From: Jimgerdemannia flammicorona
Taxonomy: Eukaryota
DNA length: 42,006 nt
Direction: 5' to 3'
NCBI GenBank assembly: GCA_003990765.1
Contig: RBNJ01000096.1
Span: 1 to 42,006 of the forward strand
In this document: in pieces, positions 11,926-23,080 of the stretch
Numbering within the stretch: position 1 is the stretch's first letter
Layout: every line of letters begins with the position of its first letter
The notes under the pieces: model-generated
Database searches by the model: none
What the model saw: the letters and a program-made list of their open reading frames with translations, nothing else
What the model was told of the DNA's origin: nothing
Translations under genes and position numbers: made by a program

Positions 11926-14900
11926 ATGAACAGTATAACCAACATTTTCTCTTTGAATGTGAATGGGTTATGGGGTGCTTCTTGACATGGGAACATTTTT
12001 ACTTGGATGAAGGGATTGGAGGCTGATCTCTTCCTCTTGCAGGATGTCCGGTGCGAAGATGACTCTGATAGGTTAGAATGGACGGAGGAATGGGGAGGTG
12101 TGGTGATTTGAAAGGGCAAGGTTGGGATTTTGGTTAGGAAAGATAGAGGGGAGATACAGAATGTGCAGTGCTGGGGAGAGAGACTGATCTGGGGAGAATG
12201 GATTCGGGCAGGCTGGGGGCCAGTTACGGTTGGCTCCTGCTACTGCCCTATAGTACAGGGTGAGAGAGTAGATTGGGTGAAAGGCTTACAGGAGAGTGGA
12301 TTACTTGTAGAGACTGGGGTAGATGTACTCGGGGGAGATTTCAATATGGTCAGGAATATACTGCTGGATAGAACAGATAGAGGACGAGGTGCTGAGAGCA
12401 GGAGTGGGGGACTGGTGGCATAGGAGGAAGTAGAATGACTATGTGTGCTATTGGATGCCAGAAGGGAGTGCTGGGGGAGTAGGAGGGTCTATACACATTG
12501 GGCAGGGGGTCTGGGGACTAGAATCGACTGGATTTTGACAGCCTACTGCTGGGGACTAGATGTTTGAAAATCATTGGAGGTGGAATGGTGTCCATGGTCA
12601 GATCACTGGGGGCTTTTAGGACAGGGGTACTTTGGGGGAAGTGGGGATGGGCCTGGACATTGGTGCCTCAATTCCTCTTTGTTAGATGACAAGACCTGGT
12701 GGGATGAGTGGGCTAAAGACATTCAACTGAGGGTGGAGAACTGGAGGCAGGAAGGGGCCGCAGTTGGGACTCGGTGGATGAGGATGAAGGAAATGGCCAG
12801 GATTTACTGGAAGGAGGCTGGCAAGGAGGCAGGGAAGCAGTGAAAACAAAGAGTGTGCTGGGTCTCTGCCAGATTGACGAGGCTCCTGGAGGAGTGGGCA
12901 AGGCTGACGATGTTGGAGGGAGAAGAAGATTGGAGGTTAATGAGGGCGAAAATAGAGGTTGGGGAACTTCAACAGGTGCTGTGGGAGGAGGAAGAGGCAA
13001 GGGTACAGAGCTTGGTGGCATGTCTTCACTGGCAGGATCTGGAGGAAGGAGAGAGGCCTTCCAAGCTTCTTACAAGGGCCCTTAGGGCGAGGCGGGTCCA
13101 GCAAAGGTGGGAAGGAGTATTGGACTCTGATGGTGTACTGGTGCATGATGTACAGGACATTCTTGGATCGCTGAAGGAGAGATGGAGTGGATTGTAGAGT
13201 GAGGAGGAGGGTGGGGCAGATGCTGCTACTATTGAATGAACATTGGAGGATTGGCACCCACCACAAGTCGAAGGGCTAAGGGACCTGGTGATGCCTGTAC
13301 AGGAGGATGAGATCCACCAGGTTTTTGCTGTGACAATGTCCGGTATGGCGCCTGGGGAGGATGGTCTGCCCTGGGACTTTTGGAAGTGAATGGTTGGAGT
13401 CCTAGGGGTGATGGAAGAGATGACAGCATTGTGTGACCTTATTCTACAGACAGAGAGGTGGGTGGGGGAGCAGGACCTTGGGCTGGTGACACTGCTTTAC
13501 AAAAACAAAGGAAGGTGGGAGGATTGGAAGAACTGGCAGCTGATAATGCTGCTAGATATGGACAGAAAGTTGGTAACTAAGGTGGTGGTGGCGAGACTAT
13601 AGAAGGTGGCCCAGCAAGTCATGGGTGTTGAGCAGAGAGGATTTGTGGGTGGTCAGCTCATCAGGGATAGCACTGCCTGGGTGCATAGCATTATCGAAGG
13701 GGCAAGGGCCTGTGGACTGGATGGGCATCTAGTCTTCTTAGACCAGGAGAAGGCATATGACCAGGTGCGAAGAGTCTGGCTGGAGAAAGTTTTAGATAGA
13801 ATGGGGGTATCGCATCAATTCTGGTCGACAATGGTCAGCCTACTGGAAGGGAGTAGGGCTGCACTCACATATAATAGACATAGAGGGGTAGCATTCCTCT
13901 TGGGTAGAGGGGTGCCCCAGGGGGATCCATTGTCCCCCATTTTGTATGCTCTTTCTCTGGAACTGCTTATGGACCGAATTAGGCAGAGGATAGTGGGGCT
14001 CTCTGTCTTTGGTATAGGATGGAAGGTTGGGGCCTTTGCTGATGACATGGTGGTGGGTTTGGGTTCGATTGCTGATGTTGAGGAGCTCAAGAGGATGGTG
14101 GAGTGGTATGAGGAGTATTCTGGAGCTAAGCTGAATTGGCATAAGTGTGAGACGATGGTGCTCAGTAATGGCCTGGTGAGAGGGGAAGTTATAGGAACAA
14201 TTGTCCCCACCGGTGAGGCAGTGCGGTACTTAGGTATCTACTTATCAGTCTATGGGTCAATTCTGCCCAAGCTTTGGTAGGAGCAGAGGATTGGAATCTG
14301 GGAGGAGGCTCTGCGGAGTTGGGGGGGAAGACATTTTTCTCTAGCAGGGCGGGTCTCGATTTTGAATGTCTACTGGCTGCCAAAGTTGTGGTACCTGGCG
14401 TATCATCTGGACTTCCCAGCCTGGGTAGTGAAGAGATTGATGAAGTCGGCGAAGGGATGGATTTGGGCTGGCAGGTGGAGTCAAATTAGTTGGGAGACCT
14501 TGTCCCTATCAGTGGCAAGAGGCGGTCTTAGGCTGGTTGACTTCCCAAAATGGCTACACTGCTTGAGAGCATGGTGGCTGAAGAGAGTGGTGGAGTTGAG
14601 AGGAGGTGGATGGGTTTCTCTGTTACAGAAGATATGGGAGAGGTGGGCATCACTAAGGGGCTCAACTGGTGATCTCCTCTCCTTAGTTGGGCTTCAGAAC
14701 ACTGCCCAACTATGATATAAAGGATTTTGGTGGGGGATTGCAGAAGGAGTGCACCACATTGGTATTTGTTGGCAGGGGAATGAAGGTGAGGAGGATTGGG
14801 ACCCAGCGATATGGTGATGGGATCGTATACTGCTGGGTGGTGCTCCTTTAGTTGAGTTCGACATTGGTAATGGAATGGAATGCCAAAGGGGACTAGGCCA

Positions 14901-15582
14901 GAATCTGTGGCCTAGTGGTTGGCAAGGAGTTGGAATTGGCGAAGAGTGGAACTGGTATGGTGTCTGGACCTGGAGTACTACAGTGAGAGCATGGCTGCCA
15001 CCAAAGTACTGGGTGGTCTGGTGGTGCATGCTGTGGAGGAATGTTATGCTCAACTTTTGCTCAGGGCACCTTGTTGTAGGGGGTTGCTTCGACTGTGAGG
15101 AGTGCCATAATGTAGAGCAGGAGGGGGGTTACATACAGACACCAGAATATTGGCTAGAAGAGTGTGAGGTGTTGGGGGATTTTTGGCAGACAATTAGGGA
15201 TCGCTTAGGAGTATAGGGTAGGAGTGATGAAGTACGGGGGTGGTGGGAGGACTTGAGGGATAGATTGGTAGGGGGGATAGGGAAGGAGTGGCTTACTTTA
15301 GATTGGGCTTTAGCTATTTGGGTGGGGCTGGCCAGTCATTGGCTATTTGTTTTTGAGGATAGGAGGTGACAGAGCTTGGGGGACTAGCTGCTGCGATGGC
15401 ATAGGCTTATGGAAGACACCTTAACAGGCTGGTGGCTGGGTTGGGGGATGCGGGGTGGTCGGAGATACCGCTTGGTAGAGAAAATCTGCAAGCAAAGTGG
15501 GGAGAGAGTTGGGGTAGTTGGTGAAAGGGTGATTTTCATTCATGAGGAAGTAGAGAGGGGCCCCCCTGTGGGGATTGGATAG
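11926..15582 (+). pseudogene. LINE ORF2: APE endonuclease + reverse transcriptase + C-terminal Cys/His region (1218 codons, single frame, ~14 in-frame stops)
   Basis: APE motifs FSLNVNGL, LGGDFNMV, TRIDWIL, WSDHWG. RT motifs LDQEKAYD, GVPQGDPLSPILY, AFADD, VRYLGIYL. L1-clade motif SLAGRVSILNVYWLPKLWYLA. ORF-track fragments at 12130, 12574, 12853, 13390, 13606, 14362 and 14875 all share the frame of the ATG at 11926. Confidence 0.97.
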
Positions 15583-16705
15583 TGGGTTGGACTGATGTAT
15601 ATTTATTCATAGACTGGTAATAAAGGCGGAGTCCAAGTGACTATAAAAAAAAAAAAAAAAAAAAGAACTTATATGCAGAATCTTCCACAAAGGACTTACA
15701 CATAGGCTAGGGCCAGAAAAGACCCCACTCTCACTCCCCAAGCCTGCAGGCCTTGATCATGTTGCTGTATCAGCTCTCAGTTCTAGTCAGATATAGCCAA
15801 ATAAGGAAGATCCCACTCTCTAAGCCTGTGGGCCTCAATTACATTGCCACATCAGCTCCCGGTTCCAGTTGGATACAGCCAGGATACCAGCTCCTACACC
15901 ACCCCACCCCCCATCAGCCAATCAAAAGGCCCTACCAAAATATTATCTGCCCTAGCCCTGATGACTGCCTCCAGCCTGGTACTCCACTGGTTCATCATTA
16001 TCACTCTTCCTCCTATCTGTGATGGCCATCTCCCCTCCTATCCTGACAACACTCAAAAAACAGTCACCTATGCTAGAACTGTACTCGCTGGGAAGCTTGC
16101 CAAAGCCAGAGGGCTCCACTACAGATACTGAGGACCTGCAGGTAATCTATACTGAGCACTTGACACCCAAGGTTGACTAACTCTCTACGTAGCCTGAGAT
16201 ATACTGAGACAGCATCTTATTGGCAATGGCAAAAGGAAGAAGATGCCACACTAAAATAGATGTACTCCAGATGCAGCTGAAGGTACTAGAAACTGTGAAA
16301 AAGTGGAGAAGACATCAATCTGATACTGATAAAGGGGCAACTTATCACCATTGCCCTCCTCCTACTATGCCCATGTAGACACAGCAAACTAACCTGAGGT
16401 AGAGGGGGTAATAATAGGAGAAAAGGGACTCAGAAGGTTACCTACCAAACCTTATAACTGGTAAGGTAGTAGAGAAAGGAGCAACTTAATTCAATTCAAT
16501 TTATTAAGAATACTATATTGAATAAGCTAAAATTTATTAAATTTAGATATATTTTAGTAAAGTTATTGAATTTTGAAAAATTAATTCAAATTGGACTTTA
16601 AATTAAATTAGACCTCAATTTAATTTGAATTAAATCAAATTGAGTCTCAATTTAATTTAAATTAAATTAGAGGTAAATTTATTCATTCTAAGTATTAGTT
16701 TCTAT

Positions 16706-18215
16706 TATCTCTTAACTTTTGGGCTATAAGAATGATGTGTGCTCTGATGATAGCTTGTTCTAAGTACTATTTCTTATATGGACAATTATAGAGTTATTCT
16801 TATTTATAAATTTTCTCTAATAACTATCTGGGAATAGTATCAAAGAAGTAGACAGCTTGAGTTCTATTTATAGTCTATTCTTATCAGCTATATTCTACTT
16901 CTATAATATTTAGGAGAGTTTTTAGTTTTATAGCAAATACTTTAAGATCTTCTTTTCTATTATTGTAAAATTGAAGGTTCTTAAGCTTGGTTTTGACTTC
17001 AGCAATATGGACAGAGCTATAGAACTAGTGGATAATTAGTTTCTTTAGGCTTACAGTAGCTGAGTAGATTTTATAGTTAGAGTAATTATCTTTTTCTTCA
17101 CTTATATTAATTTTGATATAAGTTTCTTAGATAAGAGGGTATACTGATAGATTATACTACTACTGGGTAGCTATACCTATAAAATGAGTAACAATTTTCT
17201 CTACTTATAAGTCTAGTATAGAGATCTTCAATCTTATAGTGCTTATTATTATTAAGAGTATTATCTGAATTCTGATTATCATTTCATCCATTAATATAAT
17301 AATTAGTATTAACTTGTTTTATGAATGCTATTACTTAGTCTGCTTTGCTTTCAAATGGTATAAGGTGGAGGTCTTTTGTAGATTTGTTTATTTTAATATT
17401 AAGATAAAGAGCTTAAGTAAGTATAATTACTTAGTTAGCCAGTACTACTATCTTATCATTTACTGATATCATTCTACTATCTCTATTATCTATTTAGTGA
17501 GATAGTTAGGGTTCTTCTTCTGTTGTTATAATATATCAATTATAATTTAGGTTTAACTATTCTGAAGTAGGTGAGCTTATAGACTAGTGGTCTTAATAAG
17601 ATAACTATTAGATCTGCTGTGATTTTTAATAAGCTTGATATTTTTAGTAGTAGTTCTGTAACAGTACTGGAACTACTAATATTAGGTTCAGATATCTCTT
17701 TAATTATTCTTCTAGGTCTGGATGATATAACAGAGGCCTTACTAGATTCAGTAGCTTATAGTTCTTATTACTAGATTATTCTTACTTATATAGAGAATTT
17801 GATAATAGAAGTAAGATTTCTTTTAATAGATATAGTATCTCTTATAATTCAGAAAGGCCTTAGCTTTGTAGTAGTAATTATTAGAAAGGAGGTTTAGAAA
17901 ATATTTACTTATAGCCTTAATAAATTCTCATATATTTCTCATAAAAGTGACTGCTGATTAACTTATTGAATTTCTTCTTAAGTTGGATAATATAGAGGAC
18001 TTCTTTATTGAGTATGAGAAAGATATTAAATACTTCTTAAATAGTTTCATTATTAAGTTTATCAAACTCCTCTTAGCTAGTATGAATTTTAGTCTACTTA
18101 GTGATAATTCTGTTAGATTCTTTAGCTTAAGTCTGGAGAGTATCTAGAGTAAAGATACTTTTTAACTATCACTAACAATATTAGTAATATTGATTGATTC
18201 TGATTATCTATAGTA
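16706..18215 (-). mobile_element. Ty3/gypsy-type relic, part 1: gag N-terminal/capsid region
   Basis: Minus-strand fragments KDLHLIPFESKAD*VIAFIKQV, KIVTHFIGIATQ** and LKKLIIH*FYSSVHIAEVKTKLKNLQFYN...KLKTLL resemble a retrotransposon capsid domain. Linked to 7498-8742 by the 8-bp TSD of the intervening MITE. Confidence 0.65.
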
Positions 18216-18579
18216 GATTTCTGAAAAAAGATTACTCATAAATAAGAAGTAACTTCTGCTATAAGAGAGTTACTTTATTAGAGTACTATTATATAGTTCT
18301 GAAAGAGTTTTTAGAAAGTTCTAGATATTCTGGAAGACTATTTTCTTTAAGGTCAAGATTAATTTCATATAGAGTATATCCTTTATACTTATTGATTTCA
18401 AGATCAGATTGATATCTCAACCAAAGTCCTTTTTCAGACTAGTTCTAGATGTTTAGGAGTTTTTATATTTCAGAAAGTTCAAGAAACTAAGACCAGCTTA
18501 GTTGAATTGATATATTGTTATAGATAATACCCAATTAGGAAATTTTGTGATCTGGTTAGGAGTGGGACTTAATGGGGTA

Positions 18580-18665
18580 TAGGCCCCCTAGAGGGATCAG
18601 ATAGGGGTAGACCTAGTGTATTATATGAGATAGACAGCTGTATTAATAAAGGAATGAGTCTAAGA

Positions 18666-18748
<83 letters not shown>
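18580..18748 (+). mobile_element. Extremely 5'-truncated LINE insertion (~93 bp + ~76 nt poly(A))
   Basis: Matches the LINE 3' end (GGCCCCCTAGAGGGATCAGATAG...AATAAAGGAATGAGTCTAAGAGACT). 13-bp TSD ACTTAATGG(G/A)GTA at 18567-18579 and 18749-18761. The empty site is present in the paralog at ~21747-21760. Confidence 0.92.
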
Positions 18749-18751
<3 letters not shown>

Positions 18752-19080
18752 TAATGGAGTACAGATTTACTTAAGAGTAGTTTGTAGATTATTAAATAGA
18801 TTTATTCACTATTCATAATATTGTTATACTAAGAGTAGTTATATAAGAGAATATTTGTATGAAGAAGTGTTCAGAAGTTCTGAGCTATTTTTGTCTATTT
18901 GAGTTTAGATTTCTGAGATCTAAAAGAGTAGGTATTTATACTAATGAGAGGCTATTAGAACTATACTAAATATAGATATAGTACTTAGTACTTTTGATGA
19001 GTCAGAATGTAGTCACATAGTATAATTATAAACTGATATATCAAGAGATCATCTGACTGCTGAGTCAGTATATAGTATAT

Positions 19081-21193
19081 TATAGCAGATATCTAATCTC
19101 AAAAGTATGGTAGATTCTGAAATTTATATGAAAGAGAAAAGAATATAAAAAGAAGACTTGTTTTTTCAGAATTGAACTGACTCTTATTTATTTACTCTAA
19201 AATACTGAGTTGTTTATACAGATTTGTATACTATAAGGTGGCTAAGTTATAAGTTATTCTTTAATAAATATTTATCCTTAACATCTGTTAAATCTTTGAT
19301 AATCATCAAAATCTTTAATATTTATAAAATCTTGACATTTATTAAGACTTTAATATTTGTAAAAACTTTAACATTTGTAAATAACTGTTTAAATATAACT
19401 GCTATTTATAAGACTATACTATAATAAATCAGGAAATCAGATTTATGTACTATAATCAAATGTTTATTTTCTGTTTTAATTTCATATTATATATTATATC
19501 TTCTCTCTAAATAGATTATTTTTAATATAAAAATACCTATTCAAATTTCTATATCTCAATATTTATATATTTGTTCCCTTTATATATATAGATATATTTA
19601 TGATATATCTAAGCAATTATTAGAATATTTTTCAAGATCTTAAAAAAGTCTTCAAATAATTAATTCAGGATATTGTCAAAAGTCAGATAATAGTTTGTAT
19701 ATAATATCTTTTAGTAAGATAGCAGTTCATATAATGGGTAGTATTTATATATCACAGAATGGCTTCCAGACTCATCAAGTATGAGTAATGAATTATATCT
19801 TCAAAAGTCAGATAGCAGCTTCTTCTAAAAGTTGGGTAGCAGAAAATCATATGTCATGGGATGAATAATGGACTTTGGGATAGAGCAGCAAATCATATGT
19901 TATGAGATGGCTTTGGTCTATACAGCAGTCTTATTTGGTATAGTGGTTTATTTAGTATTTTTTAGTAATTAATTCTTATAACATTATCCCTCAAACTAAG
20001 GAGTGACCCAGCTATTAACTCAATGATGCAGTCCTTTGCAGAGCATCTATTGTTTAATATCAATAGTTTATAGAAATGAGACTGACAACCAGAATAACCC
20101 ATTAATAGCAGATGATACAGAGATGAATACCATATATAATAGGTAGTATTTATATGTTACAGAATGAGTTATATCTTCAAAAGTTGGGTGGTAGCAAATT
20201 GTATATTACAGAATGGTAAATCATATGTTGCAGAATAGCAAATTATATATTATAGGACAAGTAACAGACTTTAGAGTAGAACAGAATTGTATATTATGAG
20301 ACAGTAAATCATATATTATGAGATAACAAATCATATGTTGTAAGATGAGTAATAGACTTTAGAGTGAGATGGCAAATTATATATTATAAGATAGGTAACA
20401 GACTTTGGGGTGGGGCAATAAATTATATGTATATCATAAAATGGGTTATATCTTCAAAAGTTAGATAGTAAATCATATGTCATAGGATGGCTTCAATCCA
20501 TATAATGGTCTTGTTTGGTATAGTAGTTTATTCAGTATTTTTCAGCAATTAATTCTTGTAATATTATCTCTCAAACTAAGGAGTGACCCAGCTATTAACT
20601 CAATAATATAGTCTTTTGCAGAGTATCTATTATTCAATACTGATAATGGTTTACAGAAATAAGACTGACAACCAGAACAACTAATTAATAGCAGATAGTA
20701 TAGAGATGAACACTATGTATAATAGTCTATATATAGTAGTTATTTGTTTTTTAGCTTAAAAGTGAGGATTTATCTTAAATTATCAGCTAATAGATATCAA
20801 GTTGTAATATAGTAGACACCTAATCTTAAAAGTATAGCAGATTTTGAAATTTATATAAAAAGGAAAAAAGTATATAAAGAAGACTTATTTTTATAGAATT
20901 AAACTAACTCCTATATATTTACTCTAAAATACTGAGTTATTTATACAGATTTATATACTATAAGATAGCTAAGTTATGAGTTATTTTTTAACAAATATTT
21001 ATTCTTAACATCTGTTAAATCTTTAATAATCATCAAAATTTAAAATCTTGACATTTATTAAGAGTTTAATATTTATAAATAACTGTTTAAATATAACTGC
21101 TATTTGTAAGACTATATAATAAATCAGAAAATCAGATTCATATGTTATGATTAAATATCTATTTCCTGTTTTGATTTCATATCATATATCATA
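19081..21193 (-). mobile_element. Non-coding LTR element (TRIM/LARD-like): ~400-bp direct repeats 19081-19498 and 20808-21193 around a 1.3-kb repetitive interior
   Basis: The two terminal repeats align throughout. PPT-like AGAGAGAAGA on the minus strand at 19499-19508. Absent from paralog a2, so it is an insertion. No clean TSD or PBS recognised. Confidence 0.7.
19670..20725. repeat. Internal repeats: ~255-bp direct repeat (19888-20142 / 20469-20725) and ~21-bp minisatellite (consensus ~GCAAATCATATGTTATGAGAT) at ~20195-20490
   Basis: TCAAACTAAGGAGTGACCCAGCTATTAACTCAAT occurs twice. AAATCATATGT/AAATTATATAT variants recur about ten times, interspersed with AACAGACTTT(A/G)GAGT units. Confidence 0.85.
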
Positions 21194-21441
21194 GTAATTA
21201 TATAGTATAAGGTTAATCTAACTATACTAATAACTGCTAAGCTATCTATAGATTTAGATACTATCTGAATATTTTTCAATGAGATTACTATCAATAATAT
21301 CATCTTTGATAAAGTAGTCATCTAAGAAGAGCAGTTCTTGAAATATATCTTCTTACTTATTTATATAGTAATATATAGGTTAGAACTATATTACTGTCTC
21401 ACAGAATAGTATCATCTATCTCATATGCTAAATAGAGTATC

Positions 21442-22305
21442 TATAAGAGAGTTACTTATAAAAGTACCATTATATAGTTCTGGAAGAGTTTTCTGGAAGT
21501 TCTGAATATTCTAAAAGACTGTTTTCTTTAGGTCAAGATTAATTTCATATGGAGTACATCCTCTATATTTATTGATTTCAAGATCAGATTAACATTTCAA
21601 CCAAAGTTCTTTTTTGGACTAGTTCTGAATGTTCAGAATTTTCCATATTTCAGAAAATTTAAGAAACTAAGACTAGCTTAGTTGAATTAGTATATTATTA
21701 CAAATAATATCTAATTAGAAAATTTTATAATATAGTTAGGAGTGGGACCTAATAGAGTGCAGATTTACTTAAGAGTGATTTGTGGGTTATTAAATAGATT
21801 TATTCACTATTTATAATATTGCTATACTAGAAATAGTATATGAAGGAATATTGAGAGAAAGTATTCAGGAGTTCTTATATGTTCAGATTATTTGAGTCTC
21901 AGTTTCTAAGATCTGAAAGAGAGAGTATTTATACTAATAGAGAGCTTTCTAGACTATGCTAAATATGGATGTAGCACTTAGTGCCTTACTAAGTTGGAAT
22001 GCAGTTATATAGTATAAGTGTGAACTGACATATTAAGAAATTATCTGACTATTGAGTCAGTATACAGTTACATCATACAAGGTTAATTTAACTATACTAA
22101 TGACTGCTAAACTATCTATAGATTTAGATACTGTCTAGATAATCTTCAATGATATTACTATCAATGACATTATCTCTGATGAAGTAGTTGTCTAGAAAGA
22201 GTGGTTCTTGGATTACTTCTCTCTGTTCACTTAGATAATAATACATTGGGATCATATTACTATCCTATAGGATAGCATCATCTGTCTCATATACTAGATA
22301 TGGAG
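21442..22305 (-). repeat. LTR-like unit a2, head-to-tail with a1, uninterrupted
   Basis: Starts TATAAGAGAGTTAC as at 18260. Candidate CA termini at 22079 (CATCATACA) or 22328 (AGAGTACA). Similarity to a1 extends to ~22305. Confidence 0.75.
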
Positions 22306-23075
22306 TTAGTAGGCAGAGAAAGAGTACATTATCTTTGCTTTCATCAGATTTGCTGTCTGCATATATAAGTTATAGTACTATGTATTGCTGAGTTATAGTA
22401 AGCTAGCAGCTATTCTTTATATCACTCATACTTGGGTGGTAGAGTTGTTAGTTCAATCTCAAGGGTTGTCTGGAGATATAGATTGTGTTCTTTGGTCTCT
22501 TTATTGTTGTTAAAGTAGTTGGACATAAATATAGATTGATACTCATACCAGTGATCATTATCCTAATAGGTCTTATAGGTGGTTATAAACTGTTGTAAGT
22601 TTATTGGCAAGATTGGTAGGATGATTAGAGCTGGTAGAGATCCTTGGCTAGAGATCATATTGATATCAGAGAGATCATTATCTTCTACTTTATCATTATC
22701 AAACTAGATTATATTATAGATATCTTTCATAGTATATCCAACTTAAGGCATTTGTAGGATATAGTCATCAGAGTATGGGAAGGTTCTGTCTGTAGTTTAA
22801 ATATACTTGATATACTTGTGGTTGAGTTCTTATACCATATTGTCAATTTGGCTATAGGACAGAGTGGCAACTATTTCAGTAGTAGTAACTCAGAGATAGA
22901 GCTGTACTTATAGAAGAGTTCTCAATATTTGTGAATGATGAGTTTCTGATATTGCAACATTTGAGTAATATCTGTATCATAGTAATATTCAACCATATCT
23001 TCCAGGAGGCAGCTGATCTGGTAGTAGCTTGAGATTTATCCAATTCAGTGGACTTTACTAAGCATGTTCAGAGTA
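22090..23075 (-). pseudogene. Degenerate ORF of unknown function running into LTR-like unit a2
   Basis: Long stretches of minus-strand frames with few stops despite high AT (e.g. FDNDKVEDNDLSDINMISSQGSLPALIILPILPINLQQFITTYKTY*DNDHWYEYQSIFMSNYFNNNKETKEHNLYLQTTLEIELTTLPPKYE). No motif recognised. Confidence 0.35.
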
Positions 23076-23080
23076 TGATT

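Larger units (their letters stand above)
9779..15661 (+). mobile_element. Full-length L1/Tx1-clade LINE, copy 2 (least decayed)
   Basis: Perfect 13-bp TSD AAAGAACTTATAT (9766-9778 and 15662-15674). AATAAA and poly(A) from 15645. Two ORFs with APE, RT and Cys/His C-terminal motifs. Confidence 0.97.
9372..16481 (-). mobile_element. ~1.2 kb poly(A)-tailed non-autonomous retroelement, copy A (9372-9778 + 15675-16481), interrupted by LINE copy 2
   Basis: Poly(T) at 9372-9398. The reverse complement aligns with 31918-33086 (e.g. GTGGTGGGGGAGGGTTTTGGCCTATATAGTCTAGGTT). Possible TSD CAA(T/C)TTAATT at 9364-9373 and 16482-16491. Confidence 0.85.
9015..16515. mobile_element. hAT-type MITE (inner copy; own sequence 9015-9371 and ~16485-16515)
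   Basis: Termini TAGTACTCCTAAAC...TTTATTAAGAATACTA. It is an inverted homolog of 29023-29376. Flanks ATTTGAAC / TATTGAAT are only an approximate TSD, but removing it rejoins the central hairpin of the outer MITE. Confidence 0.7.
8743..16697. mobile_element. hAT-type MITE (outer copy; own sequence 8743-9014 and ~16524-16697), split by nested insertions
   Basis: Termini TAGTGCTTCCAAAT...ATTCATTCTAAGTATTA (CAGTGCTT...AAGCACTG before transitions). 8-bp TSD ATTTCTAT (8735-8742) / GTTTCTAT (16698-16705). Homologous to 29616-29964. Confidence 0.8.
18260..21441 (-). repeat. LTR-like unit a1 (~0.87 kb net: 18260-19080 + ~21200-21441), carrying two insertions; probable 5' LTR of the gypsy relic
   Basis: Direct repeat of 21442-22305. 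Lies ~45 bp upstream of the gag frame. TATAAATA on the minus strand. Confidence 0.7.

Noticed and set aside
11926-15582. Many in-frame TGA/TAG codons suggesting an alternative genetic code or readthrough
   Set aside because: Most stops are at different positions in the three copies and are one transition from CGA, CAG or TGG. POLD3 uses TGA as a normal stop.
15844-16131. Similar ORFs at 15844-16131 (+) and 32246-32554 (-) as a conserved small gene
   Set aside because: Both are antisense to the poly(A) orientation of the same repeat, so the similarity reflects repeat homology. Starts and ends differ.
20195-20490. Short repeats with intervening sequence resembling a CRISPR array
   Set aside because: The units are degenerate, often directly adjacent, the intervening pieces are themselves repeated, there are no cas genes and the context is eukaryotic. 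It is a minisatellite.
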